Source: Candidatus Latescibacterota bacterium
GTDB taxonomy: Bacteria; Latescibacterota; UBA2968; UBA8231
Assembly: GCA_965197905.1 (NCBI GenBank)
Contig: CBDAOB010000004.1
Coordinates: 832,001-896,000, forward strand
DNA length: 64,000 nt
Direction of reading: 5' to 3'
Shown here: piece by piece, positions 31,291-40,910 of the stretch
How positions within the stretch are numbered: the stretch's first letter is position 1
How the letters are laid out: each line of letters begins with the position of its first letter
Position numbers and translations under genes: made by a program
The notes under the pieces: generated by a model
What the model was told of the DNA's origin: nothing
The model's database searches: none
What the model saw: the letters and a program-made list of their open reading frames with translations, nothing else

Positions 31291-32790
31291 GCCCTTCGTC
31301 TCGCTCTCCTCTGCTGTTGCAAGTTTTAGATTGATCTCGGCTTGCTCCAGACCGGGCGTGAGTTCAAGTGCGGTCTTGAGGAGCCTAATCGACTCATCCC
31401 TATTGCCTTGCTGCAGAAGCACGAGCGCCTTGTTGTTGAGAGCCGCGGCCTTCGCATTTGGAGGGGCGGACTCGAGACCTATCACCTTGTCGAACTCTTT
31501 GATGGCCCAATCCAGCTCTCCCATGTGAAGAAGGGACAAGCCGCTCTGGATCGTGATGCTTGGAGGGCCCGACACTAGCTGTCCTTGTTCGATCGTCCCT
31601 TGGGTTGGTACTCTCACCGTCGGCATTGTCGACATCACGTCAAATTCGCGGCCCACCTTGTGCGCGGCAGCGATGCGAATCGCGATCAGTTGGCCAATCA
31701 CAGGACGCTCGTCGACATGGTCCAACAAGTCGCTGTTGATGCTGTCTTGCGCATACCTAAGAAGAGCTCGATGAAGCAGGTTTTGAACGGCCATCTCGCG
31801 CGCTTCAGACTGCCTTTGCCCGCCGAGTGTCCGAGCATGCTCGGCCAGATTGTCGAAGAGGCGGGTGTCGCCAAAGAGGAGATATTCAGCCGCTGATGGT
31901 GATAGCTTCGCCAGTTTTACAATTGCGGCAACAAACTCCGGGTCTGAGCCGCAGTGGAACCTTGTGGCAACTAAGGCCCCTAGGTTCTCATCGAGCATCG
32001 CTCGGTAGTAATCAGAGTCCAGCAGCTGAGCTTTATTGGAGCTTCGTAGCATGCGGCTGGCAAGCCGGAGAAACCCGTCAGTCGATGACGTCGGGGACGC
32101 TTCCGACCCTTCTTGCACAAGTCCAGCCGCACGCAATCGAGAAAGGCTGCTCTCATCTTCGACTTGCATTCCTTGAAGAATCGAGCCAAGTAGCTCTAGG
32201 TCTGGCGGAGTCAGGTCTGTCTTGCTCGTCTCAGAAAGCGTGTCTTCGATCCTCGAGTCCTGGGCGCGCTTTCGAACCCAAGTAGCGAGGGCCTCTTCAA
32301 TCTCCTCCTCGAGTTTCTCGTTGCTCTGGAAGTCTTTGTGGTAGACCCCTTTTGTGCCAATCTCGTTTTTGAACTCAAGGACTCTTGCGAGTTGCTCATC
32401 GGGAGCCCCTGCAAGATCTGGAGGAGGTGGACGGAAATACATCATAACCTCTGGCGGGGGTTCCTCAATGCCGCGACGGGAAACAATCCTCTCGTATTCC
32501 TCAAGCGTCCCGCTTTCGACAAGGCCAGTGTCGCTACCAAAGCGTACGTGGAGAATGCCGATGAAGGCATGCGCCCTGTCGACCTCGGCGTTGATTACTT
32601 CCTGTGCGCGATCTGCCATGCCGACGGGTACATTCTCCCATCCTCGTGGGACTATGGTGATCCCCAAGTCTCTCGAGACCAGACGGTCGATCCGCAGGAC
32701 AGCTCGACGTGCAGCGTCTCTCGCGTCCGCTACATCGCTGGGTGACGCGACAAAAACGAGGAGTTCTCTGAGTAGTCGCTCGTCCGCCAT
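31285..32790 (-). CDS. DUF4062 (TIR/NDT-like) domain + C-terminal TPR protein
   Basis: VFVASPSDV, FIGILHVRFG, SGTLEEYE; TPR (AAALNNKALVLLQQG). Own GAGGAG RBS and ATG at 32790. Confidence 0.7.
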   Translation of the reverse strand: MADERLLRELLVFVASPSDVADARDAARRAVLRIDRLVSRDLGITIVPRGWENVPVGMADRAQEVINAEVDRAHAFIGILHVRFGSDTGLVESGTLEEYERIVSRRGIEEPPPEVMMYFRPPPPDLAGAPDEQLARVLEFKNEIGTKGVYHKDFQSNEKLEEEIEEALATWVRKRAQDSRIEDTLSETSKTDLTPPDLELLGSILQGMQVEDESSLSRLRAAGLVQEGSEASPTSSTDGFLRLASRMLRSSNKAQLLDSDYYRAMLDENLGALVATRFHCGSDPEFVAAIVKLAKLSPSAAEYLLFGDTRLFDNLAEHARTLGGQRQSEAREMAVQNLLHRALLRYAQDSINSDLLDHVDERPVIGQLIAIRIAAAHKVGREFDVMSTMPTVRVPTQGTIEQGQLVSGPPSITIQSGLSLLHMGELDWAIKEFDKVIGLESAPPNAKAAALNNKALVLLQQGNRDESIRLLKTALELTPGLEQAEINLKLATAEESETKGT

Positions 32791-32806
32791 TGGCTCCTCT
32801 TCAGTC

Positions 32807-32897
32807 ACATGACGATTGAACTCAGCGCCGCGCGCAAGAGTGTCCGCTGCAGTGACGCCGTTCACCTTTGCACGGTCTGCTCGATTGCTTGTTAGGG
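32807..32897 (-). other. Degenerate attC-like site
   Basis: CCCTAAC...ATCGAGCAGAC...CTGCAGCGGAC...CGCTGAG...GTCATGT, between a stop codon and the next start. Confidence 0.45.
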
Positions 32898-32909
32898 CTC
32901 GCTGATCCC

Positions 32910-33999
32910 CTATGACACCGTTGATCTCACTTTGCGAATGATGAACGCCCCAAATCCACGCTGATAGTCGGACCTTATCGGCTCCAAAGTTAAGAGCGCC
33001 CAATGTGCTGCCGCCGGCAGCGGTGATAGTCGCCTCGCCACCTGCCTCAGCGAGGAATTCATTGACAAGACCGTTGATGTGGAGGCCGTGTGTCCACCAT
33101 TCACGCCCAAAGTTGATGGCGTTGTTCGTGCCGATCACGAACCACGGCCATCGCTCCATCCAAGCCTCAGTCATCTCGGTGTCGGGAATCCGCTCAGGTT
33201 CGGATGCTACTGTGTAGTAAGTCAGTACCAGACCAGTACCCACCCCGTAGGCTATCATCGTGTCACCGATTGCGACCCCTGCAGGTCGTCGTTTCGAAAA
33301 GTGGAGTTCGTCAGGGCTTGCTGAGAAATCCGTTCCCTCAATGATGGGATCATCGCTCACCCCGATCGGTTTGAGCCATATCGTGGAAGATATCTCCTCG
33401 GCAAGCGGCTTGCCACGTGACTCCATCACCTCGTTAAGGTTCAGCTCGATATTCTCAGAAGGTGTTGGCTCTCCGTGTTTCTGCCGATAGTCATCGAGAG
33501 CTTCTAGCATCACGAGCGCATCGTCGACTGATAGGTCAAGATAGTCGGTTGCGTCGGCAATCGTGGACTCAAGGGTCGTCAACGTGTCGGTGTCCTCAAT
33601 CAGAACGCCCCACTCGCGATTCTTGTGGAGTCCAGACTCGGTGAAATTCGCAGAGGTTATTACCGCAGCGAATACGCGGGCACTGTGGCGAAATATATAG
33701 ACCTTTCCATGTAACCGATTGTTGATCGAGACTCGGAGGTTAACATGCCCCAATGCTTGGGCCAAATCCATAAGGGATACGATCGCATCTAGCTTCCGAA
33801 ATTGCTCCTTAGTCCGCGGCTTGAGAGTCGTAATCACGTGAAGATCACGGAGCTGGGTGAGATCGAAACCGCCTAACAGTTCTTTCATATCGGACGCCAG
33901 GAACGGCGACATGAGTGTCATTGATGTCGCTCTCTCGACGAGTCCTGCAAGTTGAGGAAAATGCCCCTCTGTCGCGGTTGAGTTCGTGACGATTCTCAT
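32910..33999 (-). CDS. PLD-domain (NgoFVII/PLDc-type) nuclease with C-terminal EVE/PUA-like domain; frameshift near 32960
   Basis: MSPFL and LHGKVYIF...ITSANFT...NREWG. The likely true stop is in the 32910 frame. The C-terminal domain call is inference. Confidence 0.7.
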
Positions 34000-34012
34000 T
34001 TTTCCCTTGTTG

Positions 34013-34065
34013 TCCGAACGCGGAGTTGAGCGGTGTAACACGTCCGCTCGAACGACTGGTTAGGT
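34013..34065 (-). other. attC-like recombination site
   Basis: ACCTAAC-N5-GTT(C)GAGCGG...CCGCTCAAC-N5-GTTCGGA, with one extrahelical base in L''. Confidence 0.7.
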
Positions 34066-34090
34066 GGCACCTTCACCTGCGACACTATTC

Positions 34091-34885
34091 CTAGGTCGTC
34101 TTACTATTGATGTAATGCAATAGCGTATGGATAGAATCCAAAGTCAGATCCGCCTCCGGTTTGTCGAGCAGCTGTTCATTCGGATGGGCCAGTGACGCCC
34201 GATTTCGTAAGGGGTTCAATGTATCAATAACAGTCGACAAGGCACGTAGCAAACGCGTAATGTCGTCCGACCTCGGCCCATCAGCTTGCAGGGACGGATG
34301 TGAATCTCGAAGTGCTCGAAATAACCGCGTCACACTTGCTTCCTCAGCGATCTCGATATCGGCATTAACGCAAAGCTCCCGGAGATATCCGTGAAATGCG
34401 GTGTGCGCTCGGTCGACGCCACTTGTAGAGCCGCGCCCTGATATTAGGTGTCGAGCATCGGCTAGGGCTTCCTCAACAGTTCGGGATGTGATTCCCAGGT
34501 GCGGTTCCGCCACAGGTGCTATTGAGCCATCACCCAAGGAAGCCCCTATAGCGATAAATCGAACATCTATAGGGCAAATTTCGTTAAGTGCTGACGAGAT
34601 CTGTTTAAACTCAAAACGGCTAGTCGGCTCGGAATACTTATCTACGAGCTTTGCGTATGTATCGATCGGGAGTTCCGTGTAAAGAACCACAAACTCGTCG
34701 CCGAAGAAATTCTCGCCCTCTCGAAGTTCGAATTGCATGGATTCGAACATCTCTGATGCTTCGAAATTGCCGCGCGCTTTTAACAATTGCAGCACGCCGT
34801 TTCGAAACGATTTCCAATTATTCGAAAATGCCAGATCTCCGATACTGTAATCTTGAGCTCCACTACCCGAGACTAGCGTGAACAT
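34091..34885 (-). CDS. Abortive infection Abi_C (HEPN-like) domain protein
   Basis: C-terminal LRNRASLAHPN motif preceded by DRAHTAFHGYL. Confidence 0.7.
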   Translation of the reverse strand: MFTLVSGSGAQDYSIGDLAFSNNWKSFRNGVLQLLKARGNFEASEMFESMQFELREGENFFGDEFVVLYTELPIDTYAKLVDKYSEPTSRFEFKQISSALNEICPIDVRFIAIGASLGDGSIAPVAEPHLGITSRTVEEALADARHLISGRGSTSGVDRAHTAFHGYLRELCVNADIEIAEEASVTRLFRALRDSHPSLQADGPRSDDITRLLRALSTVIDTLNPLRNRASLAHPNEQLLDKPEADLTLDSIHTLLHYINSKTT

Positions 34886-34911
34886 CGGTTAATTCCTGAT
34901 GTGACCGCGCC

Positions 34912-35029
34912 ACCTAACGCAGTGATGACCTGCGCGGAACGACCAATCGTCTTTGAGCCCGTGGTTGCAGTCGAGCATCCCAGCAGCTTCAACCTCAGTG
35001 TCAATAGTCTGGTCCATCCCCTGTCATGC
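34912..35029 (-). other. attC-like recombination site
   Basis: GCATGAC...GATG(G)ACC...GGTCATC-N5-GTTAGGT (canonical R'). Confidence 0.6.
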
Positions 35030-35086
35030 AATGTAGGACGCCCCGCGGGAGTGTCTCTGTGCTCGGAGGATCCGTGGCAGGCCGTT

Positions 35087-35650
35087 CTATCCGTCTTCTG
35101 CCTTCGGAAGGCCGTCGCTCATCTTCGACTTTTCTGACTTTGTCAGGCTGAACACCTGCTTGAACAGCGTCTCGAGCTTCTCTACGGCCTCCCGGGAGAA
35201 CATGCCGACCAAGCCTGCTAGACCTGCCAGCCCGTAAATGTTCAGCTTCTCTACCTCTACGTTGGTCGTCAGGATTCCACCTCTGATGATCAGGTAGACG
35301 ATGACTGAGAGCGCCGAGCTGATAACTGGCCGTAGCATGTACCACCACGCCCACCGACTGACCAGAGCGTTGTTCCCGACATACCTGATGAAGGAACTCC
35401 CCGTCTCAACAAAACTGCCCAGTGATCCCATTAGCAGTATTATCAAGAGGTAGCTGACTTCGGCGTCCACCTGCCATCGGTCTGGCATGGCACCATTGTT
35501 TGAAGTGCCTTGCTTGGGCCACAGATGCACAAGGCAGTAGAGCGATGCTGCGTACACAACAAGGAGATAGGTACCGACCAGTAAAATCGTAACCCAATGG
35601 TTGGTGGGAGGATTTTCCGTATTGCCGTCGTTACTTGGTCGATCTTTCAT
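35087..35650 (-). CDS. Multi-pass membrane protein of unknown function
   Basis: About 4 hydrophobic segments; GSLGSF...YVGN...WY.LRP...RGG. GGAGG RBS. Confidence 0.65.
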   Translation of the reverse strand: MKDRPSNDGNTENPPTNHWVTILLVGTYLLVVYAASLYCLVHLWPKQGTSNNGAMPDRWQVDAEVSYLLIILLMGSLGSFVETGSSFIRYVGNNALVSRWAWWYMLRPVISSALSVIVYLIIRGGILTTNVEVEKLNIYGLAGLAGLVGMFSREAVEKLETLFKQVFSLTKSEKSKMSDGLPKAEDG

Positions 35651-35760
35651 GTGGGACCTCCATCTCGCCTACGCATCCGCCGTTGACGCACCCGTCAGGC
35701 TATAGCCTCCCTCTCGGCCGGCATCGCATTCACCCGTTCCCCACTTCGAACGAGGCAAGG

Positions 35761-36333
35761 TCATCCGGTCGTTGAGTCCATTCTCCGTTCCCAGTGTCTC
35801 ATATGTACCCTTGGATCTACTGCGTCCACGAGGCGTGCTCGGGCATGGACAGTCACCAGACCTATGACCAAAGCAAGGAAACACCATACAAGCGAGTCCA
35901 TGTCAAGGCCCTCGAGGCGGACAATGGGAAGCTGCGGAGTCACCGTTGCAAGCCCGACAAGAGATGCTACGTTGAGACCTACGGAGCTCAGGACAAAGGC
36001 CGAAGCTGGAGTCCCGAGACTGCGGTAGGTGTGAGTTGATTGATATCTAGACCACTCCGCCTCCCAGCCCAGCCCGGGAACGTGTGGTTCGATGAACAAC
36101 TGGATGTACCGACCGACTCGGAACATCCCGTGGTACAACCCCACCACGTGGTACATGCAGGATATCACTATGAAAGGAACGACGAGAAAGACCCATCGGT
36201 TGTCTTGATCGGCCGCGTACGCAAGTCCCGCACTGCTGGCCACCAGCATCAATCCCTGCACTTGCAGAACCATTGTTTGCTTGCTCACGATCTCTTGGCG
36301 TAGGGCCTGATACTCGGCCAGTCTAGCGTCCAT
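35761..36333 (-). CDS. Multi-pass membrane protein of unknown function
   Basis: EYQALRQEI followed by about 4 hydrophobic segments. Confidence 0.6.
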   Translation of the reverse strand: MDARLAEYQALRQEIVSKQTMVLQVQGLMLVASSAGLAYAADQDNRWVFLVVPFIVISCMYHVVGLYHGMFRVGRYIQLFIEPHVPGLGWEAEWSRYQSTHTYRSLGTPASAFVLSSVGLNVASLVGLATVTPQLPIVRLEGLDMDSLVWCFLALVIGLVTVHARARLVDAVDPRVHMRHWERRMDSTTG

Positions 36334-36690
36334 TTCTTCCAAGCGTCACCTATCCATCAGCGATCACCTCGCCGCTCCAAGCCTCGGTTGGGCTTCCTTG
36401 TGTATGGGTGTCCTGCCAACTGGCCCCCACGCATGACTAGTGATTGTGCTGCGTAAATCCCGGCACTATCCTGTCGTAGCCGCCAGAGATGCCTGCACAA
36501 CTAACCTGGTTGAATAAATGCGCAATGGCATATACGAATACATTACCGAATTCGGCATTCCTCAACAAGCAGCGTTTCTCCGCGCGAAGGTTTCGTCATC
36601 GTCGTATTATCTGCCGTTGAGTCCAAGAGTAGAATTCACACAAGTCCTTGATGGCCTGCTTGTAGGGTCATAGCTCTCCGAAGAATCGTA

Positions 36691-37221
36691 ATGACCACTA
36701 CCGACGTCGACATCCGACCCCTCGAACTCTCCGACGCCCCCGCCGTCCAGCGCTACGCCTCCGACCAACGGGTTGCCCGCACCACCACTATCCCTCGACC
36801 CTACCCCGAAGACGGCGGCGAGCAATTCGTCAAGAAATGCCTAGGTGCCCACGAACAAGGCCGGCTGTTTCCGTTCGCCATCCTTGCCGACGAGGAAATG
36901 ATCGGTGTACTTGAACTGAAGGTGGTAAAGGGCCAGTACCGCACCGTCCAGTGCGACTACGGCATCGCCTCTTCCCACTGGGGCAAGGGTATTACGACCC
37001 GGGCCGTCGGCCTCGCCCTGACCTACGCGTTCCAGGAACTCGACATGGCGACCGTGAACTCGGGTTGTCTCGCGCGCAATCCCGCGTCGGCCCGCGTTTT
37101 GGAAAAGAACGGATTCACGGAGATCGGCCAGTTCATCTACAACTCACCCAAATTCAAGGATGAGCCCGCTCGTCGTTTCCGTCTCACCAAACAGGAATGG
37201 CTGCAACGAAACCCGGAGTAG
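36691..37221 (+). CDS. GNAT N-acetyltransferase (RimJ/RimL type)
   Basis: HWGKGITT, NPASARVLEKNGF. Confidence 0.85.
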   Translation: MTTTDVDIRPLELSDAPAVQRYASDQRVARTTTIPRPYPEDGGEQFVKKCLGAHEQGRLFPFAILADEEMIGVLELKVVKGQYRTVQCDYGIASSHWGKGITTRAVGLALTYAFQELDMATVNSGCLARNPASARVLEKNGFTEIGQFIYNSPKFKDEPARRFRLTKQEWLQRNPE

Positions 37222-37228
37222 TAGAAAG

Positions 37229-37762
37229 ATGCTGACCATCCGCCCGATCGATCCCGAAGAGGATCGTGACACCCTGCTCGAACTGCACTGTATGGGCAAC
37301 TACGACAGCGAAACGCCGTGGGCGCGGACGATCTCCTACGACGACTACCGCGAGAAATGGCTGAGCACGGAGCAGACCGATTCCTTCCTGACCCATCTGT
37401 CCCAATCCATGGAGGATGAGCGCACCATCGCCTCCATCTGGGAGGAGGGCGGTCTCGTGGTCGGTTTCGTCTGGGTTGCTATTCGAGAGGTGGAGGGTTA
37501 CGACGTGACCATTGCGGAGATCAACGACATCGCCGTGAGCGAATCCCATCGCCGCCGGGGCATCGGCACCGAGATCCTCGAGCACGTAGAAGCGCTGGCC
37601 AGGGAACGCGGCGCCGATCTGTTGCGCTCCGATACCGGCATCGAGAACCTCGCCTCCGACCGGCTCCATACCAAGGCCGGCTTCAAACCGATCCGCACCG
37701 AATACGAGAAGGTGCTGACGCCGCCGCCCATGGCGAGAAGCGTGTGCAACCCCTCCTCATAG
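37229..37762 (+). CDS. GNAT N-acetyltransferase
   Basis: VSESHRRRGIG, ENLASDRLHTKAGF. Confidence 0.85.
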   Translation: MLTIRPIDPEEDRDTLLELHCMGNYDSETPWARTISYDDYREKWLSTEQTDSFLTHLSQSMEDERTIASIWEEGGLVVGFVWVAIREVEGYDVTIAEINDIAVSESHRRRGIGTEILEHVEALARERGADLLRSDTGIENLASDRLHTKAGFKPIRTEYEKVLTPPPMARSVCNPSS

Positions 37763-37769
37763 CCGCGTG

Positions 37770-38818
37770 ACGCCGCCGTGCCCTCCAATCCTACGACGCC
37801 CTGCTCGACGGCATTGACGAGATCATCGACGCCCAGAAGGATCTCGGCACCCAGGCGCGTGGCCGCCGCCTCGCCCGCAGCTACTGGGAGATCGGCGACG
37901 CCATCCACGTCCACCTGCTCGCCAACGAAGGCAAATCGACCTACGGCGAGCGTTTCTTCACCCGCCTTTCAAATGATCTAAACTTAGACCAGTCATTAGT
38001 TTATAACATGATCCGTTTTCGTCGGTGCCAAATTTGGAATCAATTCCAAAATTGAGCTGGACCCATTACGTCCAGATCATCTCCCTCAAGTCGGGTCGAC
38101 AGCGCGAATTCTACGAACGCGCCGCCGCCGAATCGAGCTGGACCGTGCGCGAGCTCAAGGAACAAATGAAGGCCGACCTTTTCGCCGATGCTCGCCAGGT
38201 ACGTTCCGTCGCCTTCCGACCCGGCGGCGAGCACCAAGGGTGCGCCTCACGCCGCGAAAAGGCGAGCTCTACACCTACCGCCTGATTCCGTCACTGCCTG
38301 GACAGGCGCAAGATCTCGCCGTCGATCTGGGATTTGACAACCATTGGCTAGGACCGATCCGGGATATCACCGCTCCCCGGGTCGGCATGATCGTTGCGGC
38401 CGAAAAAAGCAGAGGCGGCAGCCAGCCGCGCTACCACTTCTCCGTCAACCGGCGCCGCGGCCGCAAACTCTACACCGTCAAAGCCCTCTGCGAGCGTGTC
38501 ATCGACGGCGACACCATCCTCGCCCGCATCGATCAGGGGTTCCACATGTGGCATGCCGCGCGCTTGCGGCTGCGCGGCATCGACACCCCCGAGCTCTACT
38601 CCAGCGCCGGCCGCCGGGCGCGCGAATTCGTGCAGGCAACAATGGATCAGTGCGACTTCGTCGTCATCTGCACCGCTAGCCGCGACAAATACGGCCGTTA
38701 TCTCACCGACCTGTTCTACCTGCCGGGTGCGACCCACCCCGCCGACGTACTGCGCGATGGATTCTTCCTCAACCTTGAGTTGATTGATCGCGGACACGCG
38801 CGTCCATACGCTCCGTAG
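37770..38818 (+). pseudogene. DUF1016 (YhcG) N-terminal domain fused to thermonuclease (SNase) domain, frameshifted
   Basis: YWEIGD...YG, LSWTHY...REFYE...WTVREL; then VIDGDT...RLRGIDTPE...DKYGRYL. Confidence 0.7.
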
Positions 38819-38984
38819 AAAAAGCGTCGAAGCCGCGCAGTGCGGGATGGATTTCGGTTGAACGGGATATAGGAGCTGGGGCACAGCGGCACAGGTACAC
38901 TTCACCCACGCGTGCGTGACAAAATCAGGCGTAGGCGAATTCCGCTTGGAGATGTGGCCGCGCCGATGCGATGGGTGGCGCGAC

Positions 38985-39078
38985 CACCGGCGTGGGGTGC
39001 CAACACCCCGTTATAGCGAATCAGATTCAGCCGCGGCGGCGGTACCAAAGCGGCGAGTTTCTCGATGAGTTCGAGGGG
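38985..39078 (-). mobile_element. IS91-family (Y2) transposase remnant
   Basis: PLELIEKLAALVPPPRLNLIRYNGVLAP. Confidence 0.7.
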
Positions 39079-39264
39079 GGAAGCATCACGTGGGTGCTGC
39101 CGGGGCTGGTCGTCGGTCGCGCGGGTGTTGGAAACAACGATACGGCCGCGATGTATCCACTGTAATGGTGGCGTCTCCTTGCCCGTGTGGCATTTTGGGG
39201 TGCTCGCTAACACCCAGGATACGCCGCCATTACACGACTTTCGGTTATACCCCCGGTCAGCAAG

Positions 39265-40289
39265 TTACGGGATTCTCACTCCCCTTCCTGATTGATAGAC
39301 AACAGCCTGAAATAGCGGCGAGTCCCAGATGTTGTCGAAATCTGGATCGACGGTCGCAAGGTAACGACAATATTCCTTTTGCTCAATTGACTTCGCCAAG
39401 CACGCCAATGCTTCCTGCAGGCTGTGCATCTTCGAATGGGCACACGCAAGGTTGTAATTGAACATGTGAAAATCATTCTTCTCTTTAAGCCGCTCAAAGA
39501 CGTCGATCGCTTCTTGTGGTCGATCAAGCTTAATGAGCGCGACGCCTTGTTCCTTTCGCAGTAGCTCGTGCTGAGGGTATAAATCTAATCCTCTTATACA
39601 CACACATCAAGACATTCCAGGTAGCACTGATGTTGTTCAATGCCCTCATCTCCGGCCTCACCCCTCAAGAAATACATATCAGCCAATGCAAAAAAGTCTT
39701 CGGCGGTCGGATTCTTCTTCTTAAGTTTGTTTTTGTAGCGTTTTATGCGCTCATCAAATTCAGCTATTGATAAAGATTTCTTGTCTGTGTATTTCCTCAG
39801 TAGTGTGGCTCGATGCTTGCTGATTGCTCCAAAGCGAATCAGTTGGGCGTGCATTTCCGTTCTCTCGTTGCTGCTTTCTTTGTGTAGGTGCTTGAATATT
39901 GCGTTTTCCATGGCGCTGGTAATTCTCTTGCAAACAGCCGGCGTTAGCTGCTTCCTGTATTTTATTGCCTGGTAGTTGGATATCATGCCAGGAATGCGTT
40001 GCGAGGTTGGAATAACAATTAGTAAAGGTTTTCCAAGGGCTACGACCTGCCCGGTTTCATACATCACATTAGGGTTGCAGTCTTCTAGGAAGGAAATAGA
40101 AACCAGACACCTGCGAATAGTGGCGTGGATCTCATCAAGCCAAATCTCACCTCCCTGGATTTTCATATAGGTTCCAAGGGAGAATTTTGGGAATGCGGTT
40201 CTGATTGCAGGACCCAACTCATTCGCAATGAACGTCTTGAACTTAACTTCATCAGGCATAGAAACGAAAATTTTTCGATGTTCTAGCAT
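39265..40289 (-). CDS. Nucleoside-deoxyribosyltransferase/TIR-like + TPR protein, frameshifted at ~39600
   Basis: IFVSMP and NPNVMYETG...LGKPL; C-terminal YNLACAHS...DPDFDNIW TPR end. The break lies in a short AC repeat. AT-rich. Confidence 0.65.
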
Positions 40290-40669
40290 GATTCAGTTCT
40301 CACATTACCATAATGTTCAGAATTGATGAAATTTTCGCCCTCAGTGGCAATTGTTCGCCAATATCTGTATGACTTCGAGTCGGTCGCCTTCATTCTTTGT
40401 TCGCGCCTAAGTCCTGTCTTCAAATCAATCCCCCTCTAATTGCCGTCGGAGTACCATATCTTTGTCGAACAGGTTCTCGATGGTGGTGTTTGTGCCTACC
40501 TCGGTGGTCGGGTTGGCGACAGCGGGAGTGGCCTGCGTCCGTTAACGCTCATTGCCAACACGCTCATCGGCGAAGATAATAGCAATTATCGATGCGTTTG
40601 TGAAGCAGAAAATTATGTTATGCGAATTTTATTCGGACTTGTAGGTTTTTCTTCGCCGGTTTTTGACAG

Positions 40670-40724
40670 ACTGCCCGGACAGGCGCAAGATCTCATAGTC
40701 GGTCTGGGATTTGACAACCGTTGG
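40670..40724 (+). repeat. ~55-bp diverged copy of 38293..38347
   Basis: CTGCC.GGACAGGCGCAAGATCTC...GTCG.TCTGGGATTTGACAACC.TTGG is present at both sites. Confidence 0.75.
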
Positions 40725-40910
40725 ATACGCCCGAGCCCCGGGCTGGCACGATCGTCACCGCCACGAAAAGTAAAGTCAGCAGCCAGCCGCGCTACTGACG
40801 ATTCGCCCGGTCGAACCTGGGCGGGATCGACCGCCGGCAATTCGCCCGGTGAGTCCAACCTGAAAAAGCTTCTCGCAATATGGCACACAACTCGCGCGAA
40901 CCACATCGCT

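Noticed and set aside
31285..34041. 918-aa PLD-DUF4062-TPR fusion ORF
   Set aside because: The linker reads through an attC-like palindrome, the second half has its own RBS/ATG at 32790, and a frameshift near 32960 hides a stop at 32910. Two genes are more plausible.
39200..39270. attI/attC-like GTTAGCG site downstream of the NDT-TPR gene
   Set aside because: No convincing paired L boxes and no integrase; too weak to call.
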